Origin: Desulfotalea psychrophila LSv54
GTDB taxonomy: Bacteria; Desulfobacterota; Desulfobulbia; Desulfobulbales; Desulfocapsaceae
DNA length: 32,000 nucleotides
Direction: 5' to 3'
Assembly (NCBI RefSeq): GCF_000025945.1
Contig: NC_006138.1
Coordinates: forward strand, 690,001-722,000
This document shows positions 19,919 to 32,000 of the stretch, in pieces. The position numbers and the translations under genes were made by a program. The notes under the pieces are model-generated. The model made no database searches and was not told the origin of the DNA. It saw only the letters and a program-made list of their open reading frames with translations. How positions within the stretch are numbered: position 1 is the stretch's first letter; every line of letters starts with the position of its first letter.

Positions 19919-21049
19919 ATGTCTCTGCAGTGTACAGTGTTGAAGCAAGATCTCTTAGAAGGATTAGGTAGCATACAAAACATCACGAATAAAAATGGCA
20001 CTATGGCCATTCTTTTCAATGTCCTTATAGAAACATCAAACGGTGGTCTTACTCTCACTGCTACAGATCTTGAAATAGGCTTGAAAATATTCATTAAGGC
20101 AGAAATTCATGGAGAAGGTTCACTCACCCTTCCTTCAAAGAAAATTTTTGAAATTGTTCGTGAGTCTGGTTCAGAAAAAATATCAATTGAAGAAAAAGAA
20201 AACAGCTGGGTTGTTATAAAAGCAGGACAGAGTACCTACAACCTTGCAGGTATGGCTAGTGATGAATATCCAGAATTTCCAGAATATGACGAGGATAGCT
20301 TTACCGTCTTTGAAAGCTATCTCTTCCAAGAACTCATAGAAAAGGTTATATTCTCTGTAGCCAATGAACAGGAAAACATATACACCCTTACCTCTATTCT
20401 CTTTGAAAAAGAAAAAGAAGGCGATAAGAACTATTTGAAGATGATCTCTTCCGATGGCCATCGACTGTCCATCATGAGAAGGGAAGTTCCTGTTGATTTA
20501 ACTAATTTCAAAGTAAATCCCGTTACTCTTATCCCTAAAAAAGGTGTTCAGGAGTGGAAAAAATTCTGTGATAACAAAGATTCTATCGAAGTTTCTTTTG
20601 AACACGACAAACTTATCCTGCGAAACAATCAGGATGTTATGGTTGTAAGTTTGAAAACAGGAGAATTTCCTCAATACAAGGCCATTGTTGATGCGGTACA
20701 GCTTGAAAATTGTTTAGAAATTCCACGAATACCTTTTCTCGATTCTCTCAAAAGAATCAACCTTTTCACTGAGGATGTCTTTCACACCATCCAGTTGGCA
20801 ATAGATAAAGATTTTATGGTTCTCTCCTCTCAAAATGCTGATCTTGGTAATGCAAAAGATGAGCAGGTTATCGCCTATTCCGGTGAACCCTTAACACTGG
20901 GCTTTAACTGTCGATATTTTATTGATACTCTTCAGGCTATGGAATGTGAAAAAATCAAAGCTTATATCAACTCAAGTAATAGTCCTTGTTTGATTAACTC
21001 TGATGATGATCCAGGATTTACCAGTATCATTATGCCGATGCAGCTCTAA
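19919..21049 (+). CDS. dnaN: DNA polymerase III beta sliding clamp
   Basis: 376 aa. Full-length DnaN-like sequence: LTATDLEIGLKI...MISSDGHRLSIMRRE...GFNCRYFIDTLQAME...SSNSPCLINSDDDPGFTSIIMPMQL. Confidence 0.97.
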   Translation: MSLQCTVLKQDLLEGLGSIQNITNKNGTMAILFNVLIETSNGGLTLTATDLEIGLKIFIKAEIHGEGSLTLPSKKIFEIVRESGSEKISIEEKENSWVVIKAGQSTYNLAGMASDEYPEFPEYDEDSFTVFESYLFQELIEKVIFSVANEQENIYTLTSILFEKEKEGDKNYLKMISSDGHRLSIMRREVPVDLTNFKVNPVTLIPKKGVQEWKKFCDNKDSIEVSFEHDKLILRNNQDVMVVSLKTGEFPQYKAIVDAVQLENCLEIPRIPFLDSLKRINLFTEDVFHTIQLAIDKDFMVLSSQNADLGNAKDEQVIAYSGEPLTLGFNCRYFIDTLQAMECEKIKAYINSSNSPCLINSDDDPGFTSIIMPMQL

Positions 21050-21110
21050 GTTTGCTAAGCAAGGTTTTTTCGTATAACTTATTGAAAGTACGAACGTTTT
21101 ACAATTATAA

Positions 21111-23543
<2,433 letters not shown>

Positions 23544-23637
23544 TAGATCTATTATCCTTACAAGGCATTTGAACCCTGGTTATCAACATCTCTGTTGATA
23601 ACCGGAAGGCTCGCATTCCTCAGAGTATAGAAAGTTT

Positions 23638-26181
23638 ATGACTACAGAAAATGAAGCAGTACAGGAACAATTTCCTCAGATATCCATAGAAAAAGAGCTG
23701 CAAAAATCTTATCTTGATTATGCGATGAGTGTTATCATCGGTCGCGCTCTTCCTGATGTCCGTGACGGTCTTAAGCCGGTGCATCGACGTGCACTTTTTG
23801 CCATGCGCGAACTTGGCATTGCCTATAACAGACCCTATGTAAAGTCAGCCCGTATTGTCGGTGATGTTATCGGTAAGTACCATCCTCATGGTGACACCGC
23901 TGCCTATGATACCATTGTCCGGATGGCTCAGGAATTTTCTCTGCGTTATCCTCTTGTCGATGGTCAGGGTAACTTTGGCTCCCTGGATGGTGATTCTGCG
24001 GCAGCAATGCGTTATACGGAAGCGCGTATGACTCGAATTGATACCGAGATAGTCTCTGATCTTGATAAAGATACAGTTGATTTTGTGCCTAACTACGATA
24101 ACTCTCTCACAGAGCCGTCGGTTATGCCTAGCCGGGTACCTAATCTGCTTATTAATGGTTCCTCTGGTATTGCCGTTGGTATGGCTACCAATATCCCGCC
24201 TCATAACATTGTTGAGGTTATTGATGGTTTGCTGGCCCTAGCCGATGATCCTAACATAACTGTACATGAGTTGATGTCACTTATCACCGGGCCTGATTTT
24301 CCTACCGGTGCCTATATTTGTGGCCGTTCAGGTATTCGTGAGGCCTACGAAACCGGTCGTGGTATTGTTGTTATGCGTGCCCTTACCCATGTTGAAACGA
24401 GTAAGGATGGTAAACGCGAATCTATCATCATCACAGAAATTCCTTATCAACAAAACAAGGCAGTTCTTGTTGAAAAGATAGCTCATCTGGTCAAGGATAA
24501 GAAGATAGAGGCCATCTCTGAGGTACGCGATGAATCAGATAGACACGGTACCCGGGTTGTTATTGAGCTGAAGAGAAATGAAAATTCCGAGGTTGTTATC
24601 AATCAGCTCTATAAGATGACACCTATGCAGAGATCATTTGGTATCATCCTGCTTGCCATTGTTAACAACAAACCTATGATCTTGAATCTTAAACAGATTC
24701 TTGAGCATTTTCTTGTCCATCGAAAGGTTGTTGTTTATAGAAGGACAGCCTTTGAGTTGGGTAAGGCTGAAGAAAAAGCGCACATCTTAGAGGGTTTGAA
24801 TGTAGCAATTAACAATCTCGATGAAGTAGTAACGCTTATCAAAAAAGCGCAAAATCCTCCAGAGGCCAAGACCAATCTGGTCGAGCGTTTTGAGTTGAGC
24901 CCTATTCAGGCTCAAACAATTCTTGATATGCGCCTGCAGAGACTGACTGGTCTTGAGCGTGGTAAGATAGCCAGTGATTACGAGAATGTCCTACAAGAGA
25001 TAACGAGGTTGAAGACCATTTTGGCCGACGAAGCGCTTATTCTTGGCATTATCAAGGATGAATTTTTGGAGATTCGTGAAACCTACGGTGATGAGCGTCG
25101 TACCGTGATAATCGATGCAGTTGATGATCTTCTTCCAGAAGATCTCATCGCTCCGGAGGATATGGCGGTAACGGTTACCCATTCTGGTTTTATTAAACGT
25201 AATCCTGCTGCCCTCTATCGTTCCCAACATCGGGGTGGTAAGGGTGTGAGTGGAGCCAAAAATATTGAGGAAGATTTTATCTCTGATCTCTATGTGGCCT
25301 CTACCTTGGATACCTTTCTCTTCTTTACTAATTATGGCAAAGTCTTCTGGCGTAAGGTTTATCAGTTACCACTGGTGGGACGTACAGCGCGTGGTAAGGC
25401 CATTGTTAATCTGCTTGAATTGGACGAGAGCGAGAAGCTTGCCGCCATTCTGCCTGTAACCTCCTTTGAAGATGAGGATAAGTCTAAGACCATCCTTATG
25501 GTAACCAAGCAGGGACGAATCAAAAAGACCAGCCTGCAGGAGTTCAGACGACCTCTTCGTAAGGGTAAGAGAGCTCTTACTATTAATGAGGGTGATGAAA
25601 TCATCGGTGCCTATCTGCTTAACGGTGATGATACTGTTCTTCTCTGTACCAGTAAGGGTAAGGCAATTCATTTCCATGAGTCAGATGTTCGTACCATGGG
25701 ACGTACTGCAGCTGGTGTCCGGGGAATTACCCTTGGTGAAGACGACGAGGTGGTAAGTGCCATTGTTGCCTCCTCCAATGACTCCATTCTGGTTGTTACT
25801 GAAAATGGATATGGTAAGCGTAGTCCCATTGAGGAGTACCGTATTCAGAAGCGTGGCGGTAAGGGTATCATTGGAATCAAGCAGTCTGAACGTAATGGAG
25901 ATCTTATCTCGGCCAAGCAGGTCAGTGATGAGGAGGAGATTATGATCATTGCCGATTCCGGTAAGATGATTCGAATGAACCTTGAAAATGTGCGGATTAT
26001 CGGTCGAAGCACCCAGGGTGTTCGTCTTATTAACCTTGAGGGAGATGAGAAGGTTGTGAGCATGGATACCGTTGCCCGTGATGAATCAGATCTCGATGAT
26101 GAGGTAGATGGGACAGCAGTAGCTACAACGGAGTTGGCGGCCGATGTAAATATTATTCCCGACGTGTCAGAGGATGAGTAA
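23638..26181 (+). CDS. gyrA: DNA gyrase subunit A
   Basis: 847 aa. [51 protein letters not shown] and GyrA C-terminal blade repeats including [12 protein letters not shown]. Confidence 0.99.
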   Translation: MTTENEAVQEQFPQISIEKELQKSYLDYAMSVIIGRALPDVRDGLKPVHRRALFAMRELGIAYNRPYVKSARIVGDVIGKYHPHGDTAAYDTIVRMAQEFSLRYPLVDGQGNFGSLDGDSAAAMRYTEARMTRIDTEIVSDLDKDTVDFVPNYDNSLTEPSVMPSRVPNLLINGSSGIAVGMATNIPPHNIVEVIDGLLALADDPNITVHELMSLITGPDFPTGAYICGRSGIREAYETGRGIVVMRALTHVETSKDGKRESIIITEIPYQQNKAVLVEKIAHLVKDKKIEAISEVRDESDRHGTRVVIELKRNENSEVVINQLYKMTPMQRSFGIILLAIVNNKPMILNLKQILEHFLVHRKVVVYRRTAFELGKAEEKAHILEGLNVAINNLDEVVTLIKKAQNPPEAKTNLVERFELSPIQAQTILDMRLQRLTGLERGKIASDYENVLQEITRLKTILADEALILGIIKDEFLEIRETYGDERRTVIIDAVDDLLPEDLIAPEDMAVTVTHSGFIKRNPAALYRSQHRGGKGVSGAKNIEEDFISDLYVASTLDTFLFFTNYGKVFWRKVYQLPLVGRTARGKAIVNLLELDESEKLAAILPVTSFEDEDKSKTILMVTKQGRIKKTSLQEFRRPLRKGKRALTINEGDEIIGAYLLNGDDTVLLCTSKGKAIHFHESDVRTMGRTAAGVRGITLGEDDEVVSAIVASSNDSILVVTENGYGKRSPIEEYRIQKRGGKGIIGIKQSERNGDLISAKQVSDEEEIMIIADSGKMIRMNLENVRIIGRSTQGVRLINLEGDEKVVSMDTVARDESDLDDEVDGTAVATTELAADVNIIPDVSEDE

Positions 26182-27193
26182 TTTAACTCCATCCATTGCC
26201 GTTATCGGAGCAGGATCCTGGGGTACATCCCTGGCGATCCTGCTGGCCGGTAAGGGCTATCCGGTACGTCTCTGGGGCCATAATAAGGAGCACATTGACA
26301 GGCTTATCAGTGATGGGGAAAACAGTCGGTATTTGCCAGGTATTTCCTTGCCAGAGAGCCTCTATCCTACTCCATCCCTGGAAAAAGCTGTGTTGGGTGC
26401 TCAATTGGTATTGATGGTTGTTCCCAGCCATGTGTTCCGTACAGTTTTTCGGGATTTAATACCATTTTTGCCTATTGATTGTCAGATTGTTTCAGCGGTA
26501 AAGGGTATTGAAAATAGTACCCTTTCCACTATGCATATGGTTATGGCCCAGGAGCTGGCTGCATATCCTGCTCTGGCGCTAATAGAGCTCGGGGTTATTT
26601 CGGGTCCTTCCTTTGCCAAAGAGGTTGCTCAAAAACAGCCAACAGCCGTTACCGTTGGTTTTGCCTCTGCTGATACGGCAAAAAAGGTGCAGGATATTTT
26701 TAGTACCGACTATTTTCGGGTCTATACCAGTACTGATATAGATGGACTAGAGATAAGCGGGGCCTTCAAGAATGTTATGGCGATAGCTGCAGGCATCAGT
26801 GATGGGCTCTCCTATGGAAGTAATGCCCGGGCGGCACTTATCACCCGTGGTCTTGCTGAAATGCAGAGGTTGGGCGCTGCCATGAATGCTGATCCGGCCA
26901 CCTTTGCCGGTCTCAGTGGTCTCGGAGATTTATTGTTGACCTGTACAGGAGACCTTAGCCGTAATCGTAATGTCGGCTTGCAACTTGGCAAGGGCCACTC
27001 CATTGAACATATAGAGAGTGAGATGTTCATGGTGGCAGAGGGAGTGAAGACCACAAAGTCTTTTTATGATCTTGCCCGGAAGTTAGATGTTGAGACTCCG
27101 ATCCTCGATGAGGTCTATCATATCATCTATGAGGGCAAGGATTGTTCGCAGGCGGTACAGGATCTTTTGGGTCGAAAGCTCAAACCTGAATAG
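26174..27193 (+). CDS. gpsA: NAD(P)H-dependent glycerol-3-phosphate dehydrogenase
   Basis: 339 aa. [67 protein letters not shown]. Confidence 0.97.
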   Translation: MSNLTPSIAVIGAGSWGTSLAILLAGKGYPVRLWGHNKEHIDRLISDGENSRYLPGISLPESLYPTPSLEKAVLGAQLVLMVVPSHVFRTVFRDLIPFLPIDCQIVSAVKGIENSTLSTMHMVMAQELAAYPALALIELGVISGPSFAKEVAQKQPTAVTVGFASADTAKKVQDIFSTDYFRVYTSTDIDGLEISGAFKNVMAIAAGISDGLSYGSNARAALITRGLAEMQRLGAAMNADPATFAGLSGLGDLLLTCTGDLSRNRNVGLQLGKGHSIEHIESEMFMVAEGVKTTKSFYDLARKLDVETPILDEVYHIIYEGKDCSQAVQDLLGRKLKPE

Positions 27194-27213
27194 TAGTTGT
27201 TAAAATGGTTACT

Positions 27214-27249
27214 AAAGGCGAATTGTTGATAACAATTCGCCTTTTTTTT
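27214..27249 (+). terminator. Rho-independent terminator after gpsA
   Basis: aaaggcgaattgtt-gat-aacaattcgccttt followed by a T-run: a perfect 14-bp stem. Confidence 0.9.
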
Positions 27250-27328
27250 AAGCATTTTTCTGATAGAAGCGCACTGTTTTTTGCAGTTTTTTCCCATAGC
27301 TGAATAAGTTATCAACAGGTTTTTTTGT

Positions 27329-28144
27329 TTAATACGACTGAATGCCAAATTTAAGAAGCAGGCGAGGGAGAACATTGTCAAGATTGAGGACATCCTTATC
27401 TCCGAGTTCAATAAGGTTGAAATTATACTTATTGTAAATATCCTGTTTCTTTGTTTTGCGCTGAAGGTATTTCTGATCATTTTCATAGCCCTAGTATTCT
27501 ATGTAAACCTTACCGGTAGGGATATAAAAATCGGAGTAGACGTCTTCTTCTATGGGAAGTTTTCGTTCATAGGAGTGAACTATTTCTGCCATATACAACC
27601 AGTTATCTATTAACATTTCAGCTTTAGATCGAACAAAGTGACCATCAGTTGCTCTGTGCTCAACCTTAAATTTTTCCCGAAAATCATTATCTTGTGTATT
27701 TACTGGATCAGAAGAAGGTGCTTTTTCTCCCTGTATATCCTTGATTGTGTTATTTAGAATATTAGATTTTAAAATCATTTCAGGCCATCTGACATAGGGA
27801 ATACCTGTCCTTTTGTCTTCATCTTGCAGACCTCCATGCTGTATTCCTTGTGGAGTTGTTTTCCAGCCCTTCATAACTTTATATACCCAGCCTAGCTCTG
27901 AGAGGATAAAATTCATTTTTTTTGCTGAAATATTATATTTTTTGCCGATGGCTGTCGTTGTAAGAAAGACTTTTTTTTCTGTATTTTTATCTAGTTTTAA
28001 ATCTATATTTTCGGGCCAGGTTATATATTTCCCATATTGTGCACTTGTTTTAAATTTCCCCCCTGCATCTACACCTAAATTGGTAAGGGACCAAAATTCG
28101 CCTTTTTTTTCTATCAAGCCTTTGCTTACAAGGATGATAAACAT
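27329..28144 (-). pseudogene. Hypothetical protein (winged-helix-like N-terminus plus PDDEXK-nuclease-like C-terminus) interrupted by an in-frame TAG at 27491-27493; the intact upstream ORF is 27491-28144 (217 aa)
   Basis: Upstream frame ends ...FVRSKAEMLIDNWLYMAEIVHSYERKLPIEEDVYSDFYIPTGKVYIEY*. The same frame continues after TAG as GYENDQKYLQRKTKKQDIYNKYNFNLIELGDKDVLNLDNVLPRLLLKFGIQSY* (stop at 27329-27331). Confidence 0.7.
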
Positions 28145-28370
28145 ATCTTTAGAAGTGATATCATTTTTTCCATATTGGTTTTAACCTGTTGTTTATAAGA
28201 AGGGATGGAATATATTCTAACTAGTTATAGCTATTGCGGAAGCTGTTTTCAATAGGGCTTTTTGGTTCAGTACAGTTCTATTTCGTGAGAATCAGCGGGG
28301 GTGCGAGGAATCTATCAGCTCTGTTTTATAAGTGGATGGGGGAGAAAGTTATGAACAAGGTTGTTGATAA

Positions 28371-28408
28371 AAAAGGGCGTGTCCATAATGGACACGCTCT
28401 TTTTTTTT
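28371..28408 (+). terminator. Rho-independent terminator-like hairpin
   Basis: gcgtgtcca-taa-tggacacgc followed by ctctttttttt. Confidence 0.75.
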
Positions 28409-28442
28409 GCGGATAGGCGCAGCAGGCGCTTGCTGAATCAGC

Positions 28443-28604
28443 CTAAGCTTTTTCCTGATCAGCCCGGTGCAGATCAGCCAGATGGTTTTGCATACTGAGG
28501 AGGAGGAGTCTGGCGCTATAATCTTCGGGGTTTTTCTTAAAGTTTTCCTGTGACTCAGCCAGTATAAGCTCAGCCTGTTCTATCTGTTTCTGCAGGGAAT
28601 CCAT
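28443..28604 (-). CDS. Possible small protein (53 aa, helical), not in the ORF track
   Basis: MDSLQKQIEQAELILAESQENFKKNPEDYSARLLLLSMQNHLADLHRADQEKA*, preceded by a Shine-Dalgarno-like aaggaaaa. Confidence 0.5.
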   Translation of the reverse strand: MDSLQKQIEQAELILAESQENFKKNPEDYSARLLLLSMQNHLADLHRADQEKA

Positions 28605-28759
28605 TTGTCTTTTTCCTTATGTTGATAAGTGAGTAATGCTCCTATAATTATTGAAAATAATCAAAAATAAAGAAAAGACAAAGGCAAAACCTTGAGGTAG
28701 AGGTATCTGCCGTCCCGATGAATTTCTGTTCTTCATTTGTGCAGTTATATTCATCATCA

Positions 28760-29539
28760 TCATTCACTAATCTCTATCTCTCGTTTTGTTGTATAGAGCA
28801 TGCGAATCATCTCATATTCAAAGGGTGATCCTGATTGATAGTATCTGAAGGATTGGCGGTGTCGTCTATCAATCGCTGCAACTCCTACAAAGCTCCAGCC
28901 CCATGCCGTTTCGCTGATCCATGCTGGTGGCCCATAATAGCCGAAGGCGAGGAGATCAACGCCAAAACCTGCTGTATCACGCAGATTAGAAGGTCCAAGT
29001 ACAGGCAGAACAAGATAGGGGCCGTTGCCAACGCCATAGTGGCCAAGGGTCTGGCCAAAATTTTCCGTTTGGCGGAGGAGTCCCATATCCGTTGCCGGGT
29101 TCCAGAAACCACCAATACCGACGGTACTGTTTACCACAAAACGCAGTAGGGTAATCCCGGTTCCCTTGGGATCCAGCTGAAAGAAATTGTTAATAAAGTT
29201 ATTGAACTCAAGGATATTGTCTACAAAGCATGAAACACGGTCTTCAACATAGTTGGGCGTGATAAATTCATAGCCGTTAACCACCGGTAGGAAGAGGTAT
29301 TTGTCAAAGTAGTAGTTGAAGGTATACATTGAGCGATTGAAACCTTCAAGGGGATCGTATACATCATCAACAACATATACCACGTCCGGTTTAACATACT
29401 CATTTATGGGGTACATTGGTGCCATTGGTGGTTCGATTTTTGCTGTTTGTTCGGTAAGAGCTGGCTGTGCACAGCCGGCGAGAAGCATTGGAAATAAGAG
29501 CAAGAGAGACAGGGCTTGGTATCTTATATTATTTATCAT
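28760..29539 (-). CDS. mlaA: MlaA/VacJ-family outer-membrane lipoprotein
   Basis: 259 aa. Lipobox LLLAGCAQ, DPLEGFNRSMYTFNYYFDKY, LRFVVNSTVGIGGFWNPAT, ENFGQTLGHYGVGNGPYLVLPVLGPSNLRDTAG. Confidence 0.94.
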   Translation of the reverse strand: MINNIRYQALSLLLLFPMLLAGCAQPALTEQTAKIEPPMAPMYPINEYVKPDVVYVVDDVYDPLEGFNRSMYTFNYYFDKYLFLPVVNGYEFITPNYVEDRVSCFVDNILEFNNFINNFFQLDPKGTGITLLRFVVNSTVGIGGFWNPATDMGLLRQTENFGQTLGHYGVGNGPYLVLPVLGPSNLRDTAGFGVDLLAFGYYGPPAWISETAWGWSFVGVAAIDRRHRQSFRYYQSGSPFEYEMIRMLYTTKREIEISE

Positions 29540-30854
29540 TATTTCCTCCTTTCGTATCCTGAAAAAAGCCGACCATTGCCTCTATATTATCCGGATATGC
29601 CATATTTCCACAGTGCCCACCATGGGGAAAAATTTGTGCCCGCTTTCCGAAAACGTCTTTGAGATAGGCAATTTCACCGGGGTGCATGATAATATCGTCT
29701 TCATTATGAATCAAACCGATTTTAGCTGAGCTGCGCAGATAGCCTTCGAGACTACGTAAGCTCATCTGCTCAATTATTTCCTCTTCAGTAATCGTTGGGT
29801 CAATTTTTTGAAAATGGGGCAGGAATATTCCCTTGAAATAATCAACAAAGGTTAGCTGGCCGAGTACCTTGGCATAATCCGTAAGGCTGTCGCCTCGTTT
29901 CAGGACAAGACCCCTGGGAACCACGTAGCCTGCCTGGGTCATTACATCACTTGCAAAGGCCATATTTTGAGAAGAAATTCGAAAGGCAACGCCGATAAGG
30001 GCGGCCATGGGGGCATCACTCTTTGGCTTTTCCCGTCGATATGCTCTATAGAGGTATCTATCATTAAATTCTATAGACTCTCCGTGTCTGTATGTCTTGG
30101 TAAAGGCCCTTATCCTTTTCTTGTAAAATTCATTAAGGTGATCTATCCCACCGGGAACATTATTGGCGAGCATGTTATCAATTATCACCACCGAATTATA
30201 GAGGTTAACCGGGGGATTGATAAGTAATACCTTGCTGAAGTTAAAGGACTTCTCTCTCTCGTCCATATGGGAGAGGAACACCGATTGAGCGGCACCCAGG
30301 CTATATCCGGCAAGATAGAACTCCGTCACCTTCATATTTTTTTCTACTTTTTGCCAGATTGCCCGCATGACTCGGTAAAGATCAGCCGAATCCTCTTTCA
30401 GGTTACCGGGGACACTACTGGTGGAAGCAGAAACTATAAAATCGGTAAAGCTGGGCGAAGAGAGAGAGATGACATGGTAACCGGCCTGGTAGAAGGCCCC
30501 CTGCATAATTTTCATTTTGGGACTTTGAAAACTCGCGCCCGTTCCTGCGATTAAAAAGATAAGGGGGGCCGGACATTTCTGGGCTTGATAGGAGTAGTTT
30601 AACTCAGCCATGTTCCAGAGCACTCCCGGCACCTTTCGCTCAGGAAATATTACAATTGATTCGAGTTTGGTGGGAAGTTCCTTGGGCAGTACTGCGGCAA
30701 ACTCGTCAGGCGTGTTGAGTACCGTTGCCACATATGGATCTTTAAATGGATAATCATAGGCATTTGCCATAGTGCTACTGAGCAGTAACAGGCAAAGCCA
30801 GGTACTCAATATTCGATTGATCAGCATCTTTCCTCCCTCAATATAAATTACCAT
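29529..30854 (-). CDS. Exported alpha/beta-hydrolase-fold protein of unknown function, overlapping mlaA
   Basis: 441 aa. Signal peptide, LIFLIAGTGASFQSP, and the nucleophile-elbow-like FYLAGYSLGAAQSVFLSH. Overlaps the 5' end of mlaA by 11 nt. Confidence 0.75.
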   Translation of the reverse strand: MVIYIEGGKMLINRILSTWLCLLLLSSTMANAYDYPFKDPYVATVLNTPDEFAAVLPKELPTKLESIVIFPERKVPGVLWNMAELNYSYQAQKCPAPLIFLIAGTGASFQSPKMKIMQGAFYQAGYHVISLSSPSFTDFIVSASTSSVPGNLKEDSADLYRVMRAIWQKVEKNMKVTEFYLAGYSLGAAQSVFLSHMDEREKSFNFSKVLLINPPVNLYNSVVIIDNMLANNVPGGIDHLNEFYKKRIRAFTKTYRHGESIEFNDRYLYRAYRREKPKSDAPMAALIGVAFRISSQNMAFASDVMTQAGYVVPRGLVLKRGDSLTDYAKVLGQLTFVDYFKGIFLPHFQKIDPTITEEEIIEQMSLRSLEGYLRSSAKIGLIHNEDDIIMHPGEIAYLKDVFGKRAQIFPHGGHCGNMAYPDNIEAMVGFFQDTKGGNNDK

Positions 30855-31190
30855 TTACCCAGAGGTCGCTCATATGCTTCCTCTAATCTGGGGGTATGCC
30901 CTTTAACATTTGCCATAGAGATAGCTGAAATTTTCAGGTGGGAATAGCGCAGGGGAAAAACAGACGAGCAACCCTTGGTTGGCTATTAGTATTTTATTTC
31001 ATGAAAATCAGTGGCTAAGGTGAGAATATCACAGCAGACATAGTTTGGGCAAAAAAAATCAGCCATTATCGATACGCAGTGCTTGACGATTTTCTCTGAA
31101 TTAATAATCAACAGCCTTGATTTAAGGCCGTATCCTGATGTGGTAAGGATGGATTTTATGGAGGAGTAAGGGGGGGGTACTTGAAACGAA

Positions 31191-31229
31191 AAAAGGGAAT
31201 TAAAGCATAAGCTTTAATTCCCTTTTTAT
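31191..31229. terminator. Bidirectional terminator-like hairpin downstream of the minus-strand tRNA-Pro
   Basis: aaaagggaattaaagc-ataa-gctttaattccctttt followed by t: a perfect 16-bp stem. Confidence 0.85.
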
Positions 31230-31233
31230 TCGA

Positions 31234-31311
31234 TGGTCGGGGCGGTAGGATTCGAACCTACGGCCTCCTGCTCCCAAGGCAGGCGCGCTAACCAGGCTGC
31301 GCTACGCCCCG
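31234..31311 (-). tRNA. tRNA-Pro (TGG), CCA encoded
   Basis: Reverse complement is CGGGGCGTAGCGCAGCCTGGTTAGCGCGCCTGCCTTGGGAGCAGGAGGCCGTAGGTTCGAATCCTACCGCCCCGACCA, with anticodon loop CTTGGGA. Confidence 0.97.
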
Positions 31312-31348
31312 ACTATATAAAGTTTCAAATAAATGAAACGAATGTACT

Positions 31349-31424
31349 TGGCTCCCCGGGACGGATTCGAACCGCCGACAAGGTGATTAACAGTCACCCG
31401 CTCTACCAACTGAGCTACCGAGGA
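31349..31424 (-). tRNA. tRNA-Asn (GTT), CCA encoded
   Basis: Reverse complement is TCCTCGGTAGCTCAGTTGGTAGAGCGGGTGACTGTTAATCACCTTGTCGGCGGTTCGAATCCGTCCCGGGGAGCCA, with anticodon loop CTGTTAA. Confidence 0.97.
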
Positions 31425-31621
31425 ACACAGAAGCATTAAGAGGTTGTTGTTATCAACCGTGCTCCGTATGGGGCGAGAATATACGGTAATCGGGTCCTGC
31501 TGTCAACACCTTTCTGTATGTTTTTTTCTGTTAAAAGGAAAAAACATAAAGACCAAGAAACACATGCTCTTTTTCTCCTTGAAATAGGGTTTTTTTTTGT
31601 TTTCCTAGCCTGTAATCTTTT

Positions 31622-32000
31622 TTACTTGTCGATGGCAAGTGCTGCCCAACTTTGACAGACAGGCATGATTTCTATAGAGTTAATATTTACATGGGCGGGT
31701 CGACTGGCAGACCAGAAAATAGTTTCCGCAATATCCGTGGCTGAGAGGTTTTCATGACCAGCATAAACACTACTGGCTCGTTTTTCGTCACCTGAAAAGC
31801 GAACAGCGGAGAATTCTGTTTCGGCAAGGCCTGGTTCTATATTGGTTACTCTAATGCCTGTTCCTGCGACATCGCAACGGAGATTACGGGAAAATTGGGC
31901 GACAAAGGCCTTGGAGGCACCATAGGTGTTTCCTCCTGGATAGGGATAGCTACCTGCCACCGAGCCAATATTGATAATATGACCGGTTCTATTTTTCATC
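31622..32000 (-). CDS. Short-chain dehydrogenase/reductase (YdfG-like), C-terminal portion; 5' end outside window
   Basis: GHIINIGSVAGSYPYPGGNTYGASKAFVAQFSRNLRCDVAGTGIRVTNIEPGLAETEFS contains the YxxxK catalytic motif and the SDR PGxxxT/E region. Confidence 0.9.
   Translation of the reverse strand, partial: MKNRTGHIINIGSVAGSYPYPGGNTYGASKAFVAQFSRNLRCDVAGTGIRVTNIEPGLAETEFSAVRFSGDEKRASSVYAGHENLSATDIAETIFWSASRPAHVNINSIEIMPVCQSWAALAIDK

Noticed and set aside
27127-27486. 119-aa minus-strand ORF downstream of the interrupted gene
   Set aside because: It covers the gpsA terminator and is out of frame with the conserved-looking GYENDQKYLQRK... continuation, so it is likely spurious.
27491-27493. 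Pyrrolysine decoding of the internal TAG
   Set aside because: The local context points to a Trp position and no pyl genes are visible in the window. It is kept only as something to check genome-wide.
28234-28416. 60-aa plus-strand ORF ending ...DKKGRVHNGHALFFCG
   Set aside because: Its 3' end is the terminator hairpin (gcgtgtcca-taa-tggacacgc plus T-run), and there is no recognisable protein motif.
31233-31439. 68-aa ORF MVGAVGFEPTASCSQGRRANQAALRPDYIKF...SPGRIRTADKVINSHPLYQLSYRGT
   Set aside because: This is the classic false ORF made by reading the antisense of tRNA genes; it overlaps tRNA-Pro and tRNA-Asn exactly.

Overview
This window is mostly conserved chromosomal housekeeping DNA. From recall of gene families (not a database search) it looks like a sulfate-reducing deltaproteobacterium close to Desulfotalea. 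In order it holds: the tail of an EAL-domain protein; a fused NfnA/SudB-NfnB/SudA type oxidoreductase; a C4-type zinc-ribbon protein and a Nif3-family protein; a CAT-anticodon tRNA; a MoxR/DUF58/BatA-BatB/C-BatD-BatE type operon; cmk, hisC, gatA, gatC, a receiver-HD-GYP protein, 5-formyl-THF cyclo-ligase and a beta-lactamase-like protein (all minus strand); then dnaN-gyrB-gyrA-gpsA (plus strand); a hypothetical winged-helix/PDDEXK-like gene; mlaA and an alpha/beta hydrolase; tRNA-Pro and tRNA-Asn; and the C-terminal part of an SDR dehydrogenase. I found no CRISPR array, mobile element or clearly novel multi-gene system. Three observations are most worth checking. (1) The BatB/C ORF appears frameshifted at about 10092: the 566-aa translation ends in an artefactual (NRT)n tail, while the -1 frame gives a Q/N-rich linker plus a BatC-like C-terminus running to 10414. 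(2) A minus-strand gene at 27329-28144 is cut by a single in-frame TAG exactly where a Trp would be expected (YIEY[W]GYEN). (3) A cluster of DnaA-box-like 9-mers beside an AT-rich segment, at the divergent strand switch upstream of dnaN, is a candidate oriC. The 9-mer TTATCAACA occurs at least 18 times in the window.
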